A stretch of DNA of 64,000 nucleotides, from NCBI RefSeq assembly GCF_009914755.1, contig NC_060937.1; one strand, 5' to 3'. The translations under genes were made by a program, and so were the position numbers. Each line of letters starts with the position of its first letter. Positions within the stretch are counted from its first letter, which is position 1. The DNA comes from the human T2T-CHM13v2.0 reference genome, Homo sapiens. The notes under the pieces were generated by a model. That model had not been told where the DNA came from. It ran no database searches and worked only from the letters and a program-made list of their open reading frames with translations. Shown piece after piece: positions 55,130 to 64,000 of the stretch.

Positions 55130-55340
55130 ATCATGGTAACAGTTATTGTTTATTGGATGTTTCACTGAATAAGTAATAGTCATCATTCCAAATATTTTAC
55201 TTTGATCACTTAATTTTTCCTCTCAGTTATCCTATGGGTTATTTCTCCATTGCATAGATGAAGACATTGAAGTTCAGAAGTGAAATAATTGACCAAACGT
55301 CATCCAGCTAAATAGCTGCACATCAATAGTTTGAAATTAA
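55130..55340 (-). mobile_element. MIR
   Basis: ttatttctccattgcatagatgaagacattgaagttcagaagtgaaataattgaccaaacgtca is the reverse MIR core. Confidence 0.65.
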
Positions 55341-55355
55341 GAATATGTGAATTTA

Positions 55356-55677
<322 letters not shown>

Positions 55678-56390
55678 TTATGGAATACACCAATGACGGG
55701 TCATCCCCTAAATCACACAAATTTTCCTTTTTTCTCACCCCCCTATAGCCATACAGATTTTCCAGGCTTCTTTTTAGCCTTTCATTGTTTGATAAACTTA
55801 TTATTTTTCACTTAATAAGAAATGTATTCATATGTTTTCAAAGTAAGTACATATTAAAAGACTTCTAGAAAAAAGTTTCCTTCTTGTTTCATCCCCTCTA
55901 ACTTGTTTCTCAAATCTTTCAATACTGTCTTGAATTTTATTTTTGTGTTCCCTTCTAATTTTACATGCAAATACAAGAAAATAAAAACATATTTTATTTT
56001 ACCTTTCTTACAAAAAAGGTAGTATATTATATATAATGTTCAGCAACTTCTTCGTTTTGAAACATTCCCAAACTAAAGAAATGTGAAACATTAGTACAAT
56101 AATTAACCACATGCCCTTCGATTAGATGCATCAGTTGTTTTGTGAAATATTTGAAAAAGCTGTTAATAGTGTTTTCATCAGAAAGTGTTCCAGAACCATC
56201 TATCGAGACACAAAAAGGAGCAATCAAATGAATAACTAGGAAAACTTGCAAACAATTCCAGGTTATGCAAGAATCTTTTTCATTCCTGTTATCTAAAAGT
56301 AAAGATTTGTCACTTTAATAATATGTCATGTGTTTACCTAAGGGCTTCCACTGCTCAAACATATACCACTCTCCTAGACAATGTCTACTC

Positions 56391-56681
56391 TTTTTTTTTT
56401 GAGACAGAGTCTTGCTCTGTCACCCAAGCTGGAGTGTAATGGCGCAATCTTGGCTCACCGCAATTTCAGCCTTCTGGGTTCAAGAGATTCTCCTGCCTCA
56501 GCCTCCCGAGTAGCTGTGATTACAAGCACCCGCCACCATGCCCAATTAATTTTTTTTCGTATTTTTAGTATAGACGGTTTCACCATGTTGGCCAGGCTGG
56601 TCTCGAACTCCTGACCTCATGATCCGCCTGCCTCAGCCTCCCAAAGTGCCAGGATTACAGGCGTGAGGCACCATGCCTGGC
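56391..56681 (-). mobile_element. AluS
   Basis: Reverse dimer; TSD agacaatgtcta(c/t)tctt. Confidence 0.92.
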
Positions 56682-56787
56682 AGACAATGTCTATTCTTAT
56701 ACCAAGAGTAGCACATTACAGAAGCCTTCAAGCTACCACTATCCAATAGACTGCTGTGAGGGATATTGGAGAAGCCTTCCTCTGGGG

Positions 56788-56885
56788 CCTGAACATGTGA
56801 TTTGTGTGATGTGTAACAGTTTATATGTTAGAACCCTGAACAGTATTTGTGTGTTGTGTCACAGTTTATATGTTGGAATCCAGAA
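56788..56885. repeat. Two-copy ~46-bp tandem duplication
   Basis: cctgaaca..atttgtgtg(a/t)tgtgt(a/c)acagtttatatgtt(a/g)gaa at 56788 and 56835. Confidence 0.85.
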
Positions 56886-57291
56886 GAGGATCTTCTTCCT
56901 TGTGTTTAATGACATAAATTAAAAAAAATGAAAAAGTTTGTTTAGAAAAGGCAGAGTAATGTTTCCAATGTTAGAATGAGAATAACTCAAATTTAAGAAA
57001 TAAATCAAAATAAAATGAAAAAAGAGAACAGAATTGAGTAAACTAATACATTTTTTAAAAAGTATGAAAATTAAAGGAACTTTTTTAAAAAGACAAAAAG
57101 ATTTTAACAATAAAGGATAATCAGAACTTCTGAAATTCAATGATAATGATATGTCATCATATAAACTAATAACCATAATAACAAAAACAGCACATTTGAA
57201 TCTACATGAATAATATGTTTTTTCTTTTCTAACTTTTCTACATCAAATAGCAGATATTAATGGATCAATAATCTCAAAACTGGAAGAAATG

Positions 57292-57693
57292 TTATATTAC
57301 CAGGGTTCTCCAGTGAAAAGGAACAAACAAGATGTTTTTATTTACAGAAAGATGTTTATTTTAAGAAATTGGCTCACGTGATTTTAAAGTCTGGCAAGTC
57401 CAAAACCTACAGGGTGGACCAGCAGACAGGGGACCAAGTAAGAGTAAGCGAAGGATGCTGTAGTTAAAATGCAGAGGATGTCTAGGAAGCCAGCCTTTTG
57501 TTCTCTTCATGTCTTCAGCTGATTGGATGAGGCCTAGCCACATTGTGGAAGGCAATCTGCTTTATTCAGAGTCCACTTATTTAAACATTAGTTGCGTCCA
57601 AAACTACCCTCAGAGGAATATGGAGACTACTGTTTGGCCACATATCCCAACACTGTGACCCAGTGAAGTCAACACATAAAAACAACCATCACA
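57292..57693 (-). mobile_element. MLT2-type ERVL LTR
   Basis: tattaccagggttctccagtgaaa...aagaaattggctcacgtgatt...gtcaacacataaaaacaaccatcaca. Confidence 0.85.
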
Positions 57694-57904
57694 AATGCAT
57701 TGCACTGCATCTCATATTCATATGTTATTTGATTATTGTTCCTATATGAAAGTAACTAGATGTTAAGTGAAGATCAAAATTAGCCTGGCTTATAGTAATT
57801 TATGAAATTGCATTAGATTTGTGAAATCAATAAACACCATAGATTCAACAAAATACACACACACACACACACATATATATATACACACACACATATATAT
57901 AGTG

Positions 57905-58230
57905 CCCATTGTCTAGTCAAACAATAGATTAGATGTTGCTGCTTAGGTCTCTTTAAAATAAGATTAATACTTAAATGAGTAACTTTGAGTAAAGCAGATT
58001 ACCCTCCATAATGTGGGAGGCCACACCCAGTTGAAGGCCTTAAGGGAAAAGACGGAGGTTCCATGAAAAGGAAAGAGTTCTGCCTCCAAGCTGACTTCTG
58101 ACTCAGGAATGCAACATTAATTCTTGGAATTCCCAGCCTGCTGGCCTGCCCTGCAGATTTCATACTTGGCAGCCCCACAAGCATTTGAGCCAACTTCTTT
58201 AAATCTCTCTGTATCTCTCCCTCTCTTTTG
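57905..58230 (+). mobile_element. MLT2-type ERVL LTR fragment
   Basis: tttgagtaaagcagattaccctccataatgtggg...cagcctgctggcctgccctgcagatttc; preceded by (CA)/(TA) repeats at 57855-57901. Confidence 0.8.
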
Positions 58231-58692
58231 ATATATCATAGGCACCCGGAACATGTGTTTACAAGGATAATGAAATGGAGGCAGAGGAAAAGAGAAACAT
58301 TACCAAGAAATATGAGACTACCACTTAAAGAATAATGATCAGCGTATTCTTCTATTGACATCCTGTGACATTTTGTCAGAGAATAGTTGAATCCATTAAG
58401 AATTGTTCAGCTACAAGTGACACAAAAGTAAAAGATTGTGGCTGAAAACATTTTAGTACATTTTAAACATCTAACAAGAAGTCGGCAGTTGAGTATTTAA
58501 AGGCTAGAGTGTCAAGAAAGCTCCCAAAACCCTAAGCTATTTTTGACATTCTTCCCTGCCATCCTTAGCATATTGGCTTTCTGAACTCATCATGCTTGGA
58601 GCTCTATGGCCACAAAATGATCTCCCTACCTCCAGAAACATTGTCTAAAATTTAGGCAAAAAGATATAAAGGTCAGTAACATTATTTGTCCC

Positions 58693-58815
58693 TGTGTGTG
58701 TGTATATGTATACATAAATATATACATAAACACGTGTGTATGTATATGTATATATATATATATACATGTACACACACAGGAAAATGTCATGTGTGTATGT
58801 CTGTATGTACATATA
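58693..58815. repeat. (TG)/(TA) compound low-complexity repeat, probably within an old MaLR LTR fragment (~58395-58900)
   Basis: tgtgtgtgtgtatatgtatac...tatatatatatatatacatgtacacacac. Confidence 0.75.
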
Positions 58816-59377
58816 AAGCATCTCCCAGGTTTCTTCTTCAATTTCTTTAAACAAAGAATCCAATGAAGTCTTAGCTCTATTAATGGCAGAATAATTTATA
58901 TAGGACTAACCTTCCTACAGATGTAAAATATTATACACCAAACCAATAAAGCCCAACTATTTGAAGGCACTAGATTTTTACCAAAAGTAGTTTCTTCCTT
59001 CAGATGATTTAGTCCTAGAAGAACTGTGGTGCTGGAATCATGGGGCAGCTGGAGGTGAACAGAAAGGAACAAATTCGGCATAAAAAAAAAAAAAAAGATA
59101 CGGAATCCAAGCTCATCGATGCCCCTGTGAGTTGAGAGCCAAATTCTTACATTGGAGAAATATTCCAAATTCTTCTAATAAATATCCTTCAATTTTTTTA
59201 TGTCCACTAAATTACACAAATGCAGGTGAGATTACAAGAAGCTCAGAAGAAAACAATACCTGATAAACTCAAGAAGCTCAGCGTGTGTCTCAGCTGCTGC
59301 TGACAAAAGGAACAATGGAACTTGGAGTTTCATTCAGAGGGGCCAAATTAAAGAAAATAAATTAAAAACCTATTGAA

Positions 59378-59661
59378 GGCCAGATGCGGTGGCTCACACC
59401 TGTAATCCCAGAACTTTGGGAGGGCAATGCGGGCAGATCACCTGAGGTCAGGAGTTTGAGACCATCCTGTATAACAGGACAAAAACCCATCTCTACCATA
59501 AATACAAAAATTAGCCAGTGTGGTGGCGGGCACCTGTAATCCCAGCTACTTGGGAGGCTGAGGCAGGAGAATTGCTGCCTGGGAGGTGAGCTTGCAGTGA
59601 GCAGAGATCACACCACTGAACTCCAGCCTGGGCAACAGTGTGAGACTCTGTCTCAAAAAAC
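59378..59661 (+). mobile_element. AluS (Sx-like)
   Basis: Full dimer; exact 14-bp TSD aaaaacctattgaa (59364-59377, 59662-59675). Confidence 0.93.
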
Positions 59662-60619
59662 AAAAACCTATTGAAAACACAAAATGGTCACATCACAAGA
59701 ATAACAAGCATGCCCCAGTCTACTCAATTAAGAAGTTAGTTTCTAACTCACTGAACAGAGAGCCAGCTTCATGGATGAGGGACAGTGTAGACATGTAAGA
59801 CTGTCTGCTCAGAGAGACCCAATTTTTTACAAGCTTATCTTTGAGCATACTAACACACAGTATCCCTCCCTTACCCTCCTGCTTCCCTGGGATGTGTTCT
59901 CCACCATTTCCTGCCCTTGCCCCTGGCACCCTGATTCCTATCCATCCTCCTTCTCCACTCCAGCCAGTTACTTCTGCTCTGTGGCCATCCTCAGCAGGGG
60001 CCTGGGTGAAGAAAGAGTGCAGGTCAGGCAAGCATACACCACCTTGTCTGAGGGCAGAGCAGGGCAGCAGCCATTCAGCATGATGGCATATTCAGTGGGT
60101 GGCTTGTGTGATCAAGCCTCTCACCCATCTCTAATCTAGATACCAAGCACGTCCTAATGCAGAAGTTGCAATGTTCTGGGGTCACTCATCCACCAAAAGC
60201 TGGTTCAGAAAACTTGTTGGGGAAAGGTAGTTACCTGGCTCAACCTCCACTTCCCTCTGTGTGAACATGTTGATCTGGTTTGGTGGCTATGCACTTAGGT
60301 ATACACCTGCCTGGCCACAGGATGGGCCCCTGGCCACCTGTGAGTGTTTGCACTCTCTTGGCAATCATCTCCTTGCCAAGGTAATGCAACATTAAATAGC
60401 AAAAAACATCATGGCAGGCTAAGAGGGAAACTGTGACAGAAAGAAAAAATGTCTTATATTTTGATACCCTTAAGAAAAAATTATTCATGTTGTTCGCATA
60501 AGAGTACTACATTTTTATTTTTCACTGGGTCCTCCAAATCATTTATCTGGCCCTTAATGAAAAGGACTCTTTTAAAAATCACTGTGTTTCACACTTTGTC
60601 AAGCCCAGTGGTAAATCAC

Positions 60620-62185
60620 CTTCTGTCTTCTAACTCAGCCTCACAGCAGGATTTGTCATAGTTGACCACTCCCACATTCTTGAATTCTTTCCTCCTTTAG
60701 ATTTCCTCCTGTTTGTGGTCTCTCTGATGTCACCTCTTCTGCATGAACTGCTTAATACTGTTTTGACCTAAGCTTAAGATTCAAGCTTCCTTTTCATTAT
60801 TATTATTTTTTTCCTATTGACACCAATTTTCCAAATTGATCTCACCAAGTCTCATACTGTCAAATACCATCTGTATGCGGATTGATTCTCCAATTTATAT
60901 TCAAATTCCACCAAGCTTCCATCAAGCTGTTGACTTGACCTTTCTACATGGATGTCTAATTGGTATCTCAAACTTCCTACATCCAAAACACATCCCCACT
61001 CTCATTCTCAGAGCTTCCATTTTTTACTTAATGTTATTTATACATTTGTACAGACCCGAAATGTGTCAATCATGCTTAATTCCTCTCTTTCCTTCTTAAT
61101 CTATATCTGATTTATCAGCAAGTTCTATTAACTCGCCATACAACTTATAGAAAATGTGATGATTTTTCCTCTTTTCTATTACTGCCATCTTAGTCAACAC
61201 TCAACTGGGCGATTTAATCCTACCTGGTTTCCTGGTTTTCAGAGGAACCTCTTCTAAATATAATTTCCACATGAGAACCAGTTAAATATGTAAATGTCAA
61301 CTTTTTAAAAAGTCTTGAAATAACTTCCACAGAAAATTTGAATAAAATCCAAATTCCTTACCGCAGACTAATGGTCCTCTATAGCCCTATAATCTACCCT
61401 TGCTTCTCTCTCTGGACTACAAATAGTTTGTTCAGCATTTGCTGGAAATACCATCATTTCCTGTTTTCCTCAAACATGTCAAACATTTTTCTATTGAGAA
61501 TAATTGTGATTGTTTCTCTCTACCTGGAATTCTCTTCCCAGATTGTTTCCTGCTTGACTGCTTTTCATCATTCAGGTCTCAATTTCAATATCATCTCCTC
61601 AAAAATGCAAGCCTGCCTTAAGGGACTTATTTCAACCTGACCCTCAGTCACTTACTATCTCATTATGTGGTTTTAATTCCTTATAGCACTCATCAAGGAT
61701 TTTTTTTTAATTGGCTCAGCATGGTAGCTCATGACTGTATTCCCAGCACTTTGGGAGGCCGAGGTGGGCAGATCCTTGAGCCAGGAGTTCCAGACTGGCC
61801 TGGCTGACATGGGGAAACCCATCTCTACCAAAAATAAAAAAAAAATAAAAAAAATAAAAAGACAAATTGCCAGGCATGGAAGCACATGCCTGTAGTCCCA
61901 GCTACTCAGGAGGCTGAGGCAGGAGAATCACTTGAACCCAGAAGGCGGATGTTCCAGTGAGCAGAGATTGCGCCAGTGCACTCCAGCCTGGGTGACAGAG
62001 CGAGACCCTGTCTCAAAGAAACAAACAAAAAAAACTTGTTTTCTGTCTTTCCAGCTGGAAGGATTAACAACAAAAGGACACGTGGTTTTCTCATCCATTT
62101 CTATATCACCAAGAACTACAACACGGTGCCCCCAACATAATAATTACTCAGTATATGTTTCTCAATAGCATTAAATACATTAATT
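60620..62185 (+). mobile_element. L2 3' region interrupted by AluJ
   Basis: aaataccatctgtatgcggattgattctcc (frameshifted RT YADD, ~60873); tggatgtctaattggtatctcaaactt; L2 tail agaactacaacacggtgcccc...ctcagtatatgttt. Confidence 0.75.
61713..62035 (+). mobile_element. AluJ(b)-like
   Basis: Dimer with gcagatccttgagccaggagtt, expanded A-rich linker and A/CAAA tail. Confidence 0.88.
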
Positions 62186-63493
62186 ATAGATAAAAGTTAA
62201 AATGGCTAGTCAGTGTTAGATCTATATGATAGCAACATATACTCAACTATTTTTTTTAAAGCATCATTTCTGGATAAGTGTATTGTTCATGGTAAAATAG
62301 TAAAACGGAAGGAAAAAGAGAAACTATTGCAGAGAACTGTGTATACTGTAGTATTTTTAGGTTAAAATAATGAAAATATATCAATATAAATAAAATTGAA
62401 CAAATCAATTTGTTACTTGATCACTTGAAAAATTCGGAATATATTTTCACCAAGATCAGTAGCCATTTTAGGGGTTATCTCAGACTTGTCTGTTATTCTG
62501 TCCTAAATTTAATGACATACTCTTATACCTAGCATCCACTAATACTTTTTTTGTTTCATGTATTCTATAATAATCCTATTAGGATATTTCTCAAGTTGAC
62601 TGTTATAGGTCTATTTTCTCTTGTACATGGTGTGTACTGCCAAAATGTAGATGTAGGTCCTGTTTTTCCCAATATTTTTAGTATCATTTAAATTATTAAC
62701 CTCATACTATTTTTTATCCTTAAGAACTCATTTATATACATGGTAGCTTGTCTTTGGCTATCTATAGTTTGAAATTCATTCCGATGTATTTTAACTGTTT
62801 CATTTCCTTTTTACTTTCATAACTTCTGTAATGTTCATACTCTATATTATTTAACATCTCTACGATCAAATCTATTCCCCCTGTAATATAACTTTTACTT
62901 TGGTTCCACTTTTACCTTTTTCTTTAATTTTTGACTTAAATCCTTTTAGTCATATTGTTTGGTCTTCTCTTTTCTCACTGCTCATGTGTTGTGATGTTCT
63001 TTTACATCTGGAAGTGTTTTTATTCTGACATTTTTTTTTCCCTACCAAAATTGTTTGATTCCTATTTTTAAACTTTTTTCTTTGTAGTAACTTATTGGAG
63101 ATTTTACATTGTTGGTTTTGTAGTTAATTTTGTTCATGTGTAAATTGGCTGGACTTTTTGGCTAAGATACTAGTAAAAAGTTCATTTAGAGAATGGAAAT
63201 TAACTTTGTTTTTCCAGGTTTCTCAGCTTGAAGTTGCTTTCTTCTTTGGCTACAAAGAAGATTATTATTATATTTGAAGTTTATGTAATATCATTTTATT
63301 AAGTTTTAGTCAACCCCTTACCAAAAGTCATTATAATTTACAGATTTGAATTCACTTTGGAATGTTTTAATTATTCACCTCTTTTGTCCACATTTTTCTA
63401 TTTTCTTTAATATAAAATATGGCTATTTCAAAATCCTTGGCTGCTAACTCTATATTGTTGCTATTTTTTTGCTTATCAATAACAATATCTCAC

Positions 63494-63627
63494 ATATATA
63501 CATATATATAGTATTATTTTGAATGTGGGTGCACATTGTACAACTGTATATACTATATATATAGTTGTGTATATATATATACATATATATGGTAATATTT
63601 TGAATGTGGGTGCATTTTGTACAACTG
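63494..63627. repeat. Two-copy duplication, 81-bp period
   Basis: tatatacatatatat(a/g)gta(t/a)tattttgaatgtgggtgca..ttgtacaactgt twice; gaatgtggg at 63521 and 63602. Confidence 0.9.
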
Positions 63628-64000
63628 TGTCTTGGCATATTGGGTAATGTAGAGTAGCCAGATGATCCCTTTCACAAGAGAGTTTTCCCATTTTCTTCTG
63701 TTAAGCAGATGAGAGACTGATCACTTCGATCTAATTTGTATACGAGCTTGGCTGGTGTTTGTTTACACCTTAAAAATATATATTTCCATCTCTCCCCTGT
63801 TTCTTGGACTTGGATTTCTTTATCAAACCTTATAAGTCTTTGTCTTTTGACTCTGACGTACTGAAAGAGATTCGTTTAAGACTTCTGAAGCTTTCAAGCT
63901 CAGTTATTTAGCCTCCCTCCTCAGACAGAATCCAAATTGGCCAACATTTTAGGGGGTTGAACAGCTTTGTATTTGTCAGGCCCCTCCCTCTAGTAGGATT

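Overview
Primate (human-like) AT-rich genomic DNA, apparently intergenic or deep-intronic, made mostly of interspersed repeats: Alu J/S/Y, old L1 and L2, MIR, MaLR LTRs (THE1, MST, MLT1), ERVL LTRs (MLT2, LTR16/33-like), ERV1 elements and a hAT MITE. I found no intact protein-coding gene, RNA gene or CRISPR array. The listed ORFs are Alu/LTR/L1 read-throughs, chance ORFs, or decayed retroviral genes. The main structures are (1) a complete two-LTR THE1 element with an exact ACAAC target-site duplication (TSD) at 1025-3297; (2) a minus-strand, 3'-truncated ERV1 provirus at ~44493-49336 with a MER4A-type LTR, a tRNA-Arg-like PBS and recognisable gag-pro-RT-RNase H remnants, inside a four-level nest of insertions in an old L1; (3) an env-remnant plus LTR ERV1 fragment at ~7180-9850; (4) two independent MER52-type solo LTRs; and (5) several local duplications, a palindromic scar and weak cryptic-exon candidates in the unique DNA. 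Subfamily names come from my recall of consensus sequences, not a database search, and boundaries without a TSD are approximate. I see no convincing evidence of a new biological system.
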